The notes: generated from the sequence alone by a model not told the origin. 63,194 bases of DNA, filler included, from Lenisia limosa (GCA_001655205.1; 14 parts of 14 records of this genome joined end to end with filler, not necessarily neighbours in it); one strand, 5' to 3'; numbered from the whole stretch's first letter, positions 26,601-39,529 are shown. Numbers and translations are program-made.

Positions 26601-28999
26601 TCGATAACACAATATATAATGAGCATCCATTGTAATACACTATCTAGAAATGAGAAATAAAACAAGGTTAAATTTGACCTAAGCTGCACTTAAAGGAGGT
26701 ATTGAATGATAGTATAATATATTATGTATAAAAAATAGAATATTTCAGTTCATCCATGCTTCACAAAAATATCATAAAATTTATGGTACAGAGTGAGTGA
26801 TCATGAAAAATGACTAAATTTCTCGATATTCCATATTTTACTGGTCTTTTACTAGAGTGAAGCCCCAGTTAAATAAAATCATTTCTCACAAAAAGGCTCC
26901 CCCTATGTATTGTATTTATTTACTGTCAAATGTTATTCTCGCCCCCCNNNNNNNNNNNNNNNNNNNNNNNNNNNNNNNNNNNNNNNNNNNNNNNNNNNNN
27001 NNNNNNNNNNNNNNNNNNNNNNNNNNNNNNNNNNNNNNNNNNNNNNNNNNNNNNNNNNNNNNNNNNNNNNNNNNNNNNCGGAGAAGAATGACAGTTACCA
27101 AAACGGGAACGCCCAGGACCAAACTGAAGATCGCTATGATCGCAGCCCACATGTATGTCACGTGATCGCCTTCGTAACATCGAAGGGATGGAGCTGGTTA
27201 GGAGTGAAAACGAAGGAGGTGTGGGTTAAGGATGGAGAGGAGTGTAAAAAAAGGTGATGATGAGAGGGGTGAAAAGATGGTAAGAGGGGTGAAAACAGGG
27301 TGATGACGCCCAACTAGAAATAGATACTCTCTGTCAGTCAAATTCTAAGGGCAAAGACCCATCAGGGTTTTTTGACGCTAAAATCAACCGTGTATCAACA
27401 CCCTCACCCCCTCTTATTCACTACCTCAACAATCATACCACAACTACCCCTCATCATATAAAGCAGCCCACCCCCTCAAACCCGCATCCAGCGTCCACGA
27501 CCCGTCCGTCTGGTAGGTGCAGTCGAAGTACTCCAGACCAATGGTACTCAGCGGAATGTAGAAGACCACTGCAATGAACAGGTTCGTACGGATGTAGGCA
27601 TGTCTGCGTGGGGGGGGGGGGANNNNNNNNNNNNNNNNNNNNNNNNNNNNNNNNNNNNNNNNNNNNNNNNNNNNNNNNNNNNNNNNNNNNNNNNNNNNNN
27701 NNNNNNNNNNNNNNNNNNNNNNNNNNNNNNNNNNNNNNNNNNNNNNNNNNNNNNNNNNNNNNNNNNNNNNNNTTTGTTGAATCAAAAAAAAAAAAAAGAA
27801 GCCCAGAATCAAGTCTGGTAACACACAAGGGTTAAGAATAACGAAATACACAAAGACATTGGAAATTTATTAATAAAACATAATCTTGGGGAATGGAGAT
27901 TAAGTAGACAGTTTAAGAATCATAAGTGAAGCAATAAAAAGAAGACCTACTTCAAATCCTCCTTGAAGGTATTGACGAAGTTACGGGCTGAGGGGGGCAC
28001 TTCTGTTGAGTGTTAGCTGTACTGTGTTTGAACACACAACAAAAAAACACAATTATGGCCCAAGGGAAAATATCTACAAGGCTTCGCTATGGTACCAAAA
28101 TACCGGAATTTCTCTCTAAATCCTAGACAAGTATTGATACTTTACCAGTCTTCTATCGGACGTAGGGAAGCCCTAAACATACTCATCCACGCCCCTACTC
28201 ACCATCCGCTACATTCTTCTCTACGCGTTGACTCTCTTCCCAGGTCGGTTCTGGTGCGACGCTGCAGAGGACTTGCTTACCACGAACAGTATAGTAGAGG
28301 AGAACGGTCAGGTAAATGAGAGTCACGAAGAAGACGGCAATGAAGGGTACCATCAACTTGTAGACCTGTAGGGTGAACCCATATCCACAGTGATATGATT
28401 ATATAACTGATATCGAGTTGAAATGAAGAAAAGATAACACGAGTATCACTGAGACTTGTCGGTCAATTATCATATGAGGTATCATATCACTGCGTGGAAA
28501 GATAATTGAAACGTGTGAATATAATCCAAATAAGTGAAATAATGATAACACCTACCCTCCCCCTCTCCCCACCATTAGTTGGTAGAATCCAATCTGGCTC
28601 TGAGCTGAACACTCGGGGGCTGCTACATCGGCTGGAAGGGGGGGATTAAGGTCTTTATTATTATTATTATTATTATTCCTATTATTATTATTTTAGTTAA
28701 TCCAGTATCATATCAATTTATAAATTTATGTGTGCGCGATTGATTGCATGTGTGTTTTGCTTGAAGGAGGGTGACCAAGATTTCAGACTACAAAGTTGTC
28801 TCAGATATCTATACTATATTGCATAGTGGTACCATCATCAAAGTACAAAAGAGATGTAATTTGCTTGGACTTAAAAACATATCCTCCTAACTAATCACTC
28901 CCCTCCCCCACCATTTAAAGCCGAAAAGGACAGGTATTGGTAGGTTTCCTTTACTTCGTCAGGCCAATTCAACTGGAACTCCGCAAAGAGCGATGTGAT
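23690..28999 (-). CDS. Partial multi-pass (7 or more TM) membrane protein, paralog of 18700-21190
   Basis: Exons ITSLFAEFQLNWPDEV..LN|ADVAAPEC, VPFIAVFFVTLIYLTVLLYY, FYIPLSTIGLEYFDCTYQTDGSWTLDA|APSLRCYEGDH, YGFLYTRFRPKNFMWELIIMGR, NKPYVSKRLNRLE and YLSIFVIALIGVNIIVI. Confidence 0.8.
23939..24038. mobile_element. MITE family A, TSD 7/8 (ATTAGAAC/ATTAGAAA)
   Basis: TIRs and internal atcgata/atcgagaaattcagtc match the family. Confidence 0.85.
24883..24976. mobile_element. MITE family A, with TSD CTCCTGAT
   Basis: TAGAGCTTCAC...GTGAAGCTCTA flanked by identical 8-mers at 24875-24882 and 24977-24984. Confidence 0.9.
26160..26236. mobile_element. MITE family A, internally deleted
   Basis: Degenerate TIRs; flanks ATAGTACC and ATAATACC. 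Confidence 0.7.
26499..26600. mobile_element. Family A-related end with expanded TTCGG/CCGAA subterminal repeats
   Basis: tagtgcttcatttcggttcggttcggtttcggttaaccaaaaccgaacc. Confidence 0.55.
28376..28550 (+). repeat. Dispersed repeat R1, intronic copy
   Basis: aacccatatccacagtgatatgat...gagacttgtcggtca...acgtgtgaa. Confidence 0.8.
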
Positions 29000-29303
29000 C
29001 TAAAACATGTTATTAAGATGTTATAATATAATGGGAGAAAAAATCAACAAATACTAATGTTATATGTATGAATAGGAAAAAATCTAAAAAAGTTAATAGT
29101 TTACATAGTGCATGCATACTACGAGTACAAAATGAAGGTTATCTTAAAAATATAATGGTAGAATATACTGTTTTCTTGGAATATANNNNNNNNNNNNNNN
29201 NNNNNNNNNNNNNNNNNNNNNNNNNNNNNTTAATTAATTAANNNNNNNNNNNNNNNNNNNNNNNNNNNNNNNNNNNNNNNNNNNNAACCCCCCCCCCCCC
29301 CAG

Positions 29304-31042
29304 GCTATGCTGCCTATCTCAGTAGCTGCAATATGCCCGGGTGGACAGGCACCATCCGTGTTCAACTCCGGATGCGCACCATGCGCGCCAAATACGTACG
29401 ATGCGCGTGAATACGCCTCGGCTGATCCCTACACTGTTACGGCACGGGATCTTCTTCCCAGTATTGTACCATGCCCGTCTTGCCCCCTCCATACTTGTAC
29501 CAGCTGTTTGACGCATAAGGTAACTGCGGCTACTTTTTACCATAAGGAAGGCTAATTGGTTACCATGTAATGAATATTATGGTATTGTGTTCTTTTGTCA
29601 GTTAAGGGAAGTTTTCAGAGATTCTTTTTCGTGAGATACTTCACGTCTATTTCTTGACACTGCGAATAACTAACAAAAATATCGTAACCACATTAAGATT
29701 AGCTACCCTATTAGGATATATGTACTTACCATATTAGGAAAGTCCGGAGGCTTCAACCAGTGAAAACGCTTGTATTTGCTCAGAGGGCTTCTATGGCAAC
29801 CCAGGATTAGGTGGGAGTGGTTTCTTACAATTAGGTCTCTGTGCAATTAATTTGAAAATTAATACGAAATTTGAAGCATTTTGTCATGTAAACTCAATTT
29901 TAGACACGTTTGTTGTAATGTTATCTCATTTTTAGGCTCTTTTTTTTCAAAGTTTGTCACCAAGTCCTACTTAAAATGCATGAAACATATACCTTGAAGC
30001 CAAAATTCTTCATCGTAATTTCCTTCGTTTTACAGTTAATTTGGGCTTTTTTGTTTCATAAATTTCGAATTTTACTCCGCCCCCCCCCCCAGAGAAGTGC
30101 ACGATTTGCCCTGAAGGAGGAGAATGCCCAACCGGTTCGATTGTACCCAGTCCCTCAGCAGGGTTTTGGCCAGTACGCTACATACTTTTCCTACTCGAAT
30201 AATATATTTGAATCTCCCCCTGTTGTTTTAAAAAAACAACAAGAGCAAATCATTGGAAATCTAAGGGGGGGGGAATACATCATTTTCGGCCAGACCCCCA
30301 TTAGTTTACCTCCTGCATAGGAATCTATCTATAAACAAATTACCATGCCTGGGGCTTCACTTCGGTTCGGAAAAAACCTTCAAATATCGGTAGTTTTCGA
30401 GGATTAGTATTTTTTTTCGAACCGAAGTGAAACCCTAACCATTCACCCTAACCTCGGATCATTCACATATCCTTACTATCATAGAGACCCATCTATCTAA
30501 ATTTCACTAGTTTTACTCTCAACAGTATTACTACAGTAACAATTTACGTCACCCCCCCCCNNNNNNNNNNNNNNNNNNNNNNNNNNNNNNNNNNNNNNNN
30601 NNNNNNNNNNNNNNNNNNNNNNNNNNNNNNNNNNNNNNNNNNNNNNNNNNNNNNNNNNNNNNNNNTCCCGCAGACGGGATTTGTGCGGACGGCTACACTG
30701 ACTATGGCTGTACCACTTGCGATGGAGGGTGGGAGGAGGGGGAATTGGTTTCAGTTTCGGGTTTTTATGTTCATAAAAGTCAACCCACTTACACAAATAC
30801 AAACACGTTAACACGCTTCTCAAATGCACACTCATTTACATAATTACTCATCTTCACAATTCATTAACACAATCCTTTACACGCTCATACACAATCAATT
30901 AGGTCTTTCACCCCACCCCACGTACGCTGTAGTAATGAAATGCGGTGCTACATAAGCGACTGTTTTGTTGTGTTATCAGCCAACAGAGTTGATTTGGGTT
31001 TTTTGTTTCATAAATTTTCTTTCCTTCGTTTAACCCCCCCAG
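29304..31042 (+). CDS. Partial Cys-rich (GCC2/GCC3-like) surface protein ectodomain
   Basis: Exons CPGGQ..GCAPCAPNTY, ASTSENACICSEGFYG, CTICPEGGECP..PSAGFW and GICADGYTDYGCTTCDG. Confidence 0.75.
29831..29940. mobile_element. MITE family C, degenerate
   Basis: taggtctctgtgcaattaattt end similar to 53818. Confidence 0.45.
30033..30092 (+). repeat. Intron 3'-end repeat family I
   Basis: cagttaatttgggcttttttgtttcataaatttcgaattttactccgccccccccccAG, followed directly by the exon EKCTICPEGG. Confidence 0.8.
30350..30437. mobile_element. MITE family A
   Basis: TGGGGCTTCACTTCGGTTCG...CGAACCGAAGTGAAACCCTA. Confidence 0.85.
30922..31042 (+). repeat. Intron 3'-end repeat family I, long copy
   Basis: gtacgctgtagt..aatgcggtgctacataagcgactg..tcagccaacagagttgatttggg..tgtttcataaatttt..aacccccccAG. 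Confidence 0.85.
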
Positions 31043-31145
31043 ATTNNNNNNNNNNNNNNNNNNNNNNNNNNNNNNNNNNNNNNNNNNNNTTAATTAATTA
31101 ANNNNNNNNNNNNNNNNNNNNNNNNNNNNNNNNNNNNNNNNNNNN

Positions 31146-32550
31146 CCTGGGTCTTGTGGACATGGAAATTCAGAAGTACCGCCCGACCAAACACACAATC
31201 ATTGAATGCCACCCCGATGTGTACCAGCATATGCTTGACAATGGCTGGGATAAAAAGCCTGGTAGATGGGAGAAAGATGTGGGATAATAACATGTCCTAA
31301 TCCTGCCGCTTTATCACACAGGATTTGTCCGAATCCGGCACTTTTCTAATCCCTAAAGGAGTACGTATCCTCTTTGGACGCTGGCAGGATGTTGTAGGAG
31401 ATTTGGAACTGTGGGAGAGGGGGGGGGGTTATACTCTGATTCTCATTCGAATGAATCACTGATAAATTATGGTATTGATTTAGATCTTTCTCAAAAAGGT
31501 AACAGCGCCTTCAACCCTCTACAGATTTCTAAAGTTGTAGCTAACCCATTTTCAGCTATGACGGCATCTTCTGGGATACTTTTGGTGAAGATTTCGATGG
31601 TAGGGGAGATGTTGATGTTGTTTCACACCGTAGGGGTTCATGTGTTTCACACCCTGTGTCGATTGTTCCACCTATTGTTATTGTTTTTTCTTGTTTCATC
31701 AATTATCTGGGTTTTCGTTTCATACCCCCCCCCCCNNNNNNNNNNNNNNNNNNNNNNNNNNNNNNNNNNNNNNNNNNNNNNNNNNNNNNNNNNNNNNNNN
31801 NNNNNNNNNNNNNNNNNNNNNNNNNNNAGTAAAACAACTTGACCGAGGACGAGAAGTGCTACTAACCTTAATATTATTGAATTAAGGACAACAATTGCCT
31901 ATTGGAAGAAAAGACCAAACACCCAGCAGCTTTCCCAGTTCTTTTACTTACTGTAATTGTTGCTTATTTTATTGTAATAGGATATTACTAAAGACTTCAA
32001 TTATGAAGGATTTTAACTCAATTTTCCAAGAGTTTTGAGGATTTCCTTTGTTTTACCCCCCCTGCAGAACAAAGGAATTGGCATGAGCTGATGTCGAACA
32101 TCCTAGCGGATGACGGAGTGTACTCTTACTTCAACGGTATGGGGTTGTCATCGGGGGTACGAAAGGATTGGTTCTTCTTAACTAACATTCTTTCCCTCTT
32201 TATCTTCGATTAGAATATTTATCATATAGTATAATATGGTGAGCAGTTATGACCTCCAGGCTTGGCTGCCACAAATCAGTTCTTCCATGATGTAGCTGTG
32301 GCCCTTTGTGAAAGCGACTTGAGGGAACTCGGTTTTGCTTCAAGGTTGGGTGGGAGCGTTTTAAAAATGAGTAACAAGGTGCAGCTTTATTAACATTTTC
32401 TTGAGCCTTAGTAACCCAAGTAACATCATCAGGTACGTTGACATTGACATGAGGCTCGACTCACAGGAGTGGAGTGGTGTGAAAATGAGCTACTGGTGCC
32501 TCCCTGTCTATAGGCTTCCGATCTGTACTGTTGATCATTCTCTGATGTAG
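31146..32550 (+). CDS. RMT2: Protein arginine N-methyltransferase RMT2-like (5' truncated)
   Basis: LGLVDMEIQKYRPTKHTIIECHPDV..GW, ILFGRWQD, DGVYSYFNGL and WSGVKMSYW..Y.LP match the fungal/plant Rmt2 SAM domain. Stop TAG at 32548-32550. Confidence 0.8.
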
Positions 32551-32860
32551 TGTTTCTTTGACCCCGTTAGTTTTTGAGAATAAGAAAATAAACTGTTCAG
32601 TTTCAGTTATCTGTTTTTATCCAGTTATCCACAGTATCATATGCATAAATATATGTATATATGTACAATATATGTAAGATCAAAAATTCGATTAGAAATC
32701 AAGTAAATGTAAATCTGTGGCAAATAGAAGCTAATTGGTCAATCAAAGGAACACCAATATTCCGTACCGGAATGCCCCCGGCCATTTTTTAATTTTCAGG
32801 TCATCTCAGCAAATCTCTTGACATATAACCGTATATTATAATCTCTCACTGAGAACTAAG

Positions 32861-33149
32861 ATGGTAAGTATAGGGCAAGTGAACGCCTTAACATCTAGGC
32901 ACATTTCCTTATTGGCGGCGCTGGCATTGCTGCGGCCTGTTACACGGCCCAATTTGCCATAAACATGATGAAGTAAGCCGGTATAACTGAAAACGATTCT
33001 GATTGTGTTTCTTTCAGAAGTTCTGGTACTGTTGTGAAGGCTGCTGGCACCGCTGCTGCTAATGAAACCATCAAAAAGATCAAATACCTTGAGGGAGGAT
33101 TCCTTGATAAGATGACACGGCGAGAGGCTGGACAAATCCTCGGAATCAG
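32861..33149 (+). CDS. PAM18: Mitochondrial import motor J-protein Pam18/Tim14 (3' exon lost in the gap)
   Basis: ATG, a 35-nt intron, AHFLIGGAGIAAACY.., a 45-nt intron, then KYLEGGFLDKMTRREAGQILGI, the typical Pam18/DNAJC19 motif. An acceptor lies at 33849-33850 just before the gap. Confidence 0.88.
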
Positions 33150-33204
33150 GTTTGTGGTTTCTCTATATCATGCTCCTAAGTATGCAGAAGACTGTGCACG
33201 GAGT

Positions 33205-33415
33205 TGTTAAGACAAACGATGGGTGAATTAATATTGTTTATAAATATCATTTATGAACATGGTGGTGTGGATAACTGCCAAACAGCTGTTTTCTCTTTCT
33301 ACATATTGAGAGCTGTCAATTATAATTCAATATATCTTATAAGCTTGATGGTGTGGACGGCTTCAGGCCAGATACTACCTTGTTTTTTATTTCTCATTGC
33401 TATAAATTAGTCAAA
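33205..33415 (+). repeat. Dispersed repeat D
   Basis: gggtgaattaatat...ttgatggtgtggacggcttcaggccagata...tttctcattgcta. Confidence 0.75.
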
Positions 33416-33950
33416 TTTACCTTCGTAAATAGAATGATTTCTATTAAGAGTTGTTCTCTTCATCTTCACCATTACACTCTTCACCTTTTAATGTGATGGT
33501 GCGGAAAGCTTTTTATTTCCCATTTTTCTTCTATGGATCCCCTTGTGCCTTTTTATTTTGTTTGATTTCAAACAAGATGTCACCCCAACTATGACAAATG
33601 TTTGAAGGAACTTGTGTTTACAACCAAAATCTCATATTTCTCATTTCTACACAAAGTGAAGGTCTAATAAAGATGAATTTATTTTGCTTGTCTGTTTTTG
33701 GATCAGAATAATAGAACCTTTTTTTTGTTTATTGGCATCAAAAAAAGACTGTGTTTCTCAAGCAAATCCTTGAAAGAAACACTGTCAGAAAAGTCAAAAT
33801 TGACAATTTGCACATCATTGAAAAAAGAGACACCCCCCCCCCCACCTCAGNNNNNNNNNNNNNNNNNNNNNNNNNNNNNNNNNNNNNNNNNNNNTTAATT
33901 AATTAANNNNNNNNNNNNNNNNNNNNNNNNNNNNNNNNNNNNNNNNNNNN

Positions 33951-35458
33951 CAAAGAGCATTTTGGCCTTTTTGATGGCCTTAGCTCTCCGTTCAGGATCT
34001 AAACGTAAGGGAAAGTCGATATGTTGATGTAAATAATGTAAATACTGTCAGTGAAAACATGCAACTTGAAGTGAAAAACACGTCAGCAAGAAGCCCTGCT
34101 CACCATTCAGAATCGGGCAGTTGCTTTTATCCAGCTTGAAAGACAGGGTATCTTCGAAGTACTCGCCGCGTCCTTGCGGGTTTGTCGGGTCGGAACCCCA
34201 AGGTTCCCCCCGGGCCTCGGCCGCGTCGCGTTCCACCTCCAATGCCACGCGAAACTCGTCGAAGGTGGCCATGGCTATGTCGACTGGGTTGGAGTCTAGG
34301 GAGGGGTAAAATAAAGACAAATTTATGAAACAAAAAAGCCCAAAATCAACTTTGTTGGCTGACAACACACAAGGGTGATAACAACAAAATATACACACAC
34401 ACAAAAAAAAGGGGGCAGTCGCTTCTGCTGCACAGCATCTTATCACTCCAGCGTACGGGGGTTAAGAAGGTACAATTTTATAAATTATATCATATCATAT
34501 AGCTATACACTGACTGGGAAAAGACTTGACCGATTTTACTTGGGAAATCATCTAGCAAATCGGTCAAGACTTTTCCAGCTCACAGTATATCATATGATAC
34601 AACATGGCATTTATATATACTATATATACTATATATACTATATATACTATATATTATGTCCATCACGCTCATAAGAGCTATGGGATAATGGTATTTCACC
34701 CAATTATTTTCCTTACTCTACACACAGCTTTCTGCGTTCCTCTATATATAATAATGCCTCAAATATCTCCCCCCAACCATATATCCCCAGGTCCCTAGCA
34801 GCAACCGTCGCGGGAATTCGCTCATAATCAAGGCGGTGCGGAAGCTCATCGTCACTGTTGCCATCGGAATCGTCGTCCAGGTCAATGTCACTCTCACTGT
34901 CACTGGGGGGGGGGGTAAATTGGAAAATTTATGAGGTTGATAACAANNNNNNNNNNNNNNNNNNNNNNNNNNNNNNNNNNNNNNNNNNNNNNNNNNNNNN
35001 NNNNNNNNNNNNNNNNNNNNNNNNNNNNNNNCCCGTCGCTTGTAAAAAGAAGGATATTTATGAAAAATAAAGCCAAAAATCAATTGCGTTTGACTAAAGA
35101 ATATGACACAAATGGGTTGAAACAACAACAAAGCCCAAGTCAGTTCCTTCGGCAGCACCGCATTACATCACTAAAAATAAACCAGTGGAAGATTGAGACA
35201 GAATATTAGCCTTGCAAACCAATTGAATCAAACCCACACACAATACCCAATCAAGAACAGTGATCATAATATTAATAGTGAAAAAAGGCAAGAGAGGGGA
35301 GTGCGTGATATCATAATTAACTCTCTAGAAAACTGAACATTATAAGGCCCTTTCCCCCCCCTAAATCACCTGGAAAGTTCATCAAGCAGTGAAGGCTTGG
35401 CCCTTCGAGCAGTTGGATTGAGACGGAACTGTTTTCTGCAACCAGTCAAGAGGATATG
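33951..35458 (-). CDS. Partial protein of unknown function with an acidic tract
   Basis: Phase-consistent exons: HILLTGCRKQF..LLDELS|SDSESDIDLDDDSDG..RDLGIY|VDIAMATFDEFRVALE..CPILN|DPERRAKAIKKAKMLF. Confidence 0.65.
34284..34456 (-). repeat. Intron 3'-end repeat family I, long copy
   Basis: Sense strand gtacgctggagtgataagatgctgtgcagcagaagcgactg..gtgtgttgtcagccaacaaagttgattttgggc..ccAG. Confidence 0.85.
34508..34585. mobile_element. MITE family B
   Basis: TA-flanked; gacttgaccgattt...aaatcggtcaagac. Confidence 0.8.
34903..35175 (-). repeat. Family I repeat pieces on both sides of a gap, ending at an acceptor
   Basis: Sense strand aatgcggtgctgccgaaggaactgac..ttgatttttggcttt (35050-35175) and ttgttatcaacc..aattttccaatttacccccccccccAG (34903-34946). 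Confidence 0.7.
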
Positions 35459-35569
35459 GNNNNNNNNNNNNNNNNNNNNNNNNNNNNNNNNNNNNNNNNN
35501 NNNTTAATTAATTAANNNNNNNNNNNNNNNNNNNNNNNNNNNNNNNNNNNNNNNNNNNNGTAGTATATA

Positions 35570-35647
35570 CAGTGACCGTGATAAGTTTTGAACTATTTTC
35601 CTTGGGAAATCACACAGTAAATCGATCAAGACTTATCCCGGTCACTG
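35570..35647. mobile_element. MITE family B, intact
   Basis: TA|CAGTGACCG...CGGTCACTG|TA. Confidence 0.88.
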
Positions 35648-35761
35648 TATATATTCTTCTTCTGCTCACATTTCTTGTTTACCTTGATTTCTGATTGTCA
35701 ACATAGCCCTGTATTGTTTACCTTCGTCAGTGAAGTGTTGTTTCATCTCTTGACATTTCAG

Positions 35762-36641
35762 GAGTATTTTTGGTGTCCACACCAAACAAGGTCGAACTTT
35801 CATTCTTGCTGCTGACACAGACGACTCCATGCATTGTAGGAACGTACTTTCATTTATTCACAATATACTCTTAAGAGATAACAATAATTGATGTTTTTGA
35901 GAACTTTTTTTTTTGTTGTTTTTTTTTTCAACTGAAATGAGTTTTATTTGTGGATTCTTTCAGTAAATACGTATTATTTTATAATGTTTCCTTTTGCTAT
36001 TTTTTTCTTGAATGTATACATATTTTACCATTCTTCTCTCTCTTACTCCTTAGCTTGGATTGGTGTTATCTCAAGCGCGCTGATGGGAAATGTGGGTGAC
36101 CCATGTCTTGTAGTCCACTTGTTTTGCCGCGTCTCCTTGTCTCACTATTTGATAGAAAGACATATCAGATCCGAAGCAGACAAAACGAACAATGGCGGGG
36201 CCGCGGAGTAAGATGGGATTGGTATTATTATGACTTTTCTTGAACTCAGAAAAACCCGGACCTTGCTTTTTTTCGTTCCATGACGATTTAGTATGGGCGG
36301 ACGATGGGTCAATACACACGTGTGGCTACACAGTGTTTGGCTGTACCGAGACAGGCTCAAAACAGATCATTGCCAGGCATCAGCCCTTCTGCCCTTATAG
36401 GGTGGTACAATTGTTGGTGACATTGTGATTCATGACTTATTTTTAATTGTTGGGGTTATTGACATTGTTGGGTCGTGACATGCTTTGTCTCCTTCACTTA
36501 CGAACTTTAAAGTATTAATTTTCTAATGAGGCACCCCCCTCATCTCTTAGTTTTTATGACGAGCATCATCGCCCTCTTTTGGACGAAGTAACAAAATTAA
36601 AAGCGGCAGTTGCAGAGCTTCAAGCGGGGCTTGAAAGATAA
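35762..36641 (+). CDS. 3' part of a PH-domain protein
   Basis: IFGVHTKQGRTFILAADTDDSMH|.WIGVISSAL is the C-terminal end of a PH domain. The last exon ends LQAGLER-TAA. Confidence 0.65.
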
Positions 36642-36734
36642 GGGTCTAATTTATTATTTTCTGAGGTTATGTGTTTTTGTTTCTAATTCATTTATTGTAC
36701 TTTTTATTGAGGTCCTTTGTTGCTTAAAGTACAT

Positions 36735-38807
36735 TTAATATGGGGAGGGAGTGACAGGCAAAAGCTTAGAATACGTTTCAGTTACGTCATCACGCCATGA
36801 AGATAGGCGCTCACGCAAGTCTGAAATCTGCTCCTCTATCATGATTAGTTTCAACACAGAATGCCCCACAGACACAACCAATAACATACTCAGCAGCACT
36901 CTGGGGGTGACCCAGGTAACTTCGATCTTTTTTGCAACCTCATCCATTGTGGCCTTGATGAGGCCCCGTGAGACACAGCGCATCACCTGGGTGGTAAGAA
37001 AATTGTTGGGAAAAGATAGGAATAAAATGAGACTCACCATTCTCTCAACTTCGCTAACAGCAAGACCCGAGGCAGAGGAGGCATCTTCAAACGAAATCAC
37101 CCTGGAATGGGCAGGCAACTGTAGGGTCAATTACCATGTATGGGACTCTTCCATTTATCAAAACATATCAACAATAGGTATTTTGAAAATATTTTCATCG
37201 ATAGAAACCCCGTTTTTTGGGAAGAAAACCCTAAGCGTCACCACAAACTTTGAAAGCCAGAGCAACAAAAGCCATCATAGAGGCTTTGCGGTCAATGACA
37301 GCTATGTTGGCAAGTAAAACCTGGTCGGCAGCTATCGCTGCGTCAGCGGTTGCCCTCACTTCCCTGTAGCGCACAATGTCGCCTTGGTGAAGAGATGTCA
37401 GCTACAGTGTCACGGCCTGTAGGTACTAACTGCTTGTTTTCGAAAACAGACCTTTTCAAATTCAAACCAGATAAAAACCCTCTCACGAAATGCTTGATGA
37501 ACTCGTAAGGACCAGATAAAAGATCCGCTGCATCAGATGCCAACTAACCAGTAAAAGCGAATGAAGAAGTGAAGTAAAAAAACAAGGCAGTTTGTCCTTC
37601 TCACGAATGCGCCAAAAGAAAAGATATTAGGGGAAATGAGGCAGGAAAGCGCTGTTCTGTATGCAAGCTGTGTAGATAGTTGCATCATTTCAGGTGTGAG
37701 GCCTACTGCTGAGGTTTCCTGGTAAAGTAATCATAGAAAGTCCCGGCAAGCCACCAACCTTTGGAAGGAATGAAATCTGAGCAACTGCATTTTTGTAGAA
37801 CTGGGTGGAATCGGATTCTCTCTAGAGTGTTGATACACATTTTTGGAAGATCGTATCAAATAAAAGTAATGCCCCCAAAAAAAACAAAGAGAAAATGCGT
37901 TACCTCAGCAATACAAGCAAGCAGGTGGAAGAAAGCAGCATTTGTGGGGGCTGAAACACCTATCAAGATGAGTAAGCGTGTAACAATGTTAAACAAACGA
38001 TGTCCTGGATAGGGAGACTTACGGTATTTTATGTCATATTTATTGCCGTATTGATTGGAATTCATCTTCAGCCTAATTTCATCAACCATCTTTGTGGTGA
38101 TACCCTTTTCCTCTTGTGATTGTGGGTGACAATACTATGTCGATGTCGAGAAGGAGTGTATCGCATACCAGCAAGCTTCGAGAGCGCTCCTGCGATTATC
38201 CTTGATTCTTTTCTCACGGTTGATAAAGTCTCCATTGTGAGCTTAAGTATAATCAGTGATTGCTTCGTTCAGCAAAATAAATAAGAAATGTTACTGACCA
38301 ACCTGTCTTCTCAGTGACTCACAACTGAGCAAAATCTTGCCTTCGTCAGTGGCCAGGGTATCACCAGGAAGTTCATCACGAACCTTTTCAAGCAGTTCCT
38401 TTGCTTTCACTGTGTCTTGGAGAATAATGGATATAAACATGAAACACAAGATAATTTGACAATAGAAACCAACCATATTCTTGTCGGGTTGCAAGGACAG
38501 CCAGCTTGGCAGTGACGTAGGGATTCAGGAAACCATGAATAGGCAAGACAAATGACTTAAAAAAAGAAAGGAGGGATGTAGAAGACGATGTGATTTCTGG
38601 CAAAGAAAAGATAACTTCTAATGCACTTCCAAGTTGGTGGTACAACCTAAAGAGGGGTGGGAGATGAGTGAATGATACGTGGACGTACTTGTTGTTAAGG
38701 AAGTCATTAGACTTTTCAACAAAGGGGATAACCTGAAAGTGGTAAGAGGTGAATGAAAAAACCGGAAAGTGGCGTACCGATGGGTATGCAAATGCAAGTT
38801 CATTCAT
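36735..38807 (-). CDS. RPN9: 26S proteasome lid subunit Rpn9/PSMD13
   Basis: NKLYHQL, FLNPY, LISPNIFSFG, RVISFEDAS..SEVERMVMRCVSRGLIKATMDEV..IEVTWVTPRVL..QISDLRERLSSW (PCI domain); TAA stop. Confidence 0.92.
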
Positions 38808-39529
38808 AGTTGACTCCTTCGTCTATTTCAACGAAGTAACAGTCAACAATAGCTAGTTTGTAAAAATTAAATTGGTGAAGACACTTTTGGAACCCAATCC
38901 CGAATATTGAGGCTATTACGCCAGTTATAAAAAGTTCTTCTTCCCTTTCGGCTACTTCAACCTCTACTTCTTGAGAAAGACAAATTTTTATCAATTTCAT
39001 AAGTATAAAAGCTATTCTTCTATCAACATTTTAAGAGACTAATTTCTCAGTCCAGTTCAGTTAGTATAAAAAACCTTTTTTTTGAATTTTTTTTTGGACT
39101 TAATGGGGTTTTTCGCTGGTTTTGTGCTCTGTTGTTGTTTTGTTGTTTTTTTTGCTGTTTTGATTGTTACACTGTTACGATTTGGGTTGTTTGTTGCTGT
39201 TTTCCTTTTCTCTGTCTTAAGTTTAACTCTAGGTGCGTTGTTAAATTCACTGTTTTTGCAAATTAACCCAGGTTTTGCTAAATGGATCGTGGCTCAGTCT
39301 TAATACTCCGACTTCTGGTGCTCAAGCTGTCTTTGAATTTCTCATCCGTCCTTGGTTGGTATTAATCACAATTTTGTACAAAGTTCAATAACAGTTAGTC
39401 AGTTGGTTGACTCTATTGTCCCTATAGCTTTATCTTCTTTAATTGTGACTCACTTTTCCCTGATACACATGTGACTTTGATATAATAGTATTAATTCCAC
39501 CGAAAATACTACTTCAACAGAAATTTGGT

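Noticed and set aside
28262-28280. Apparent 19-nt intron GTAAGCAAGTCCTCTGCAG (minus strand)
   Set aside because: The frame stays open without removing it and continues to a good donor, so no intron is needed.
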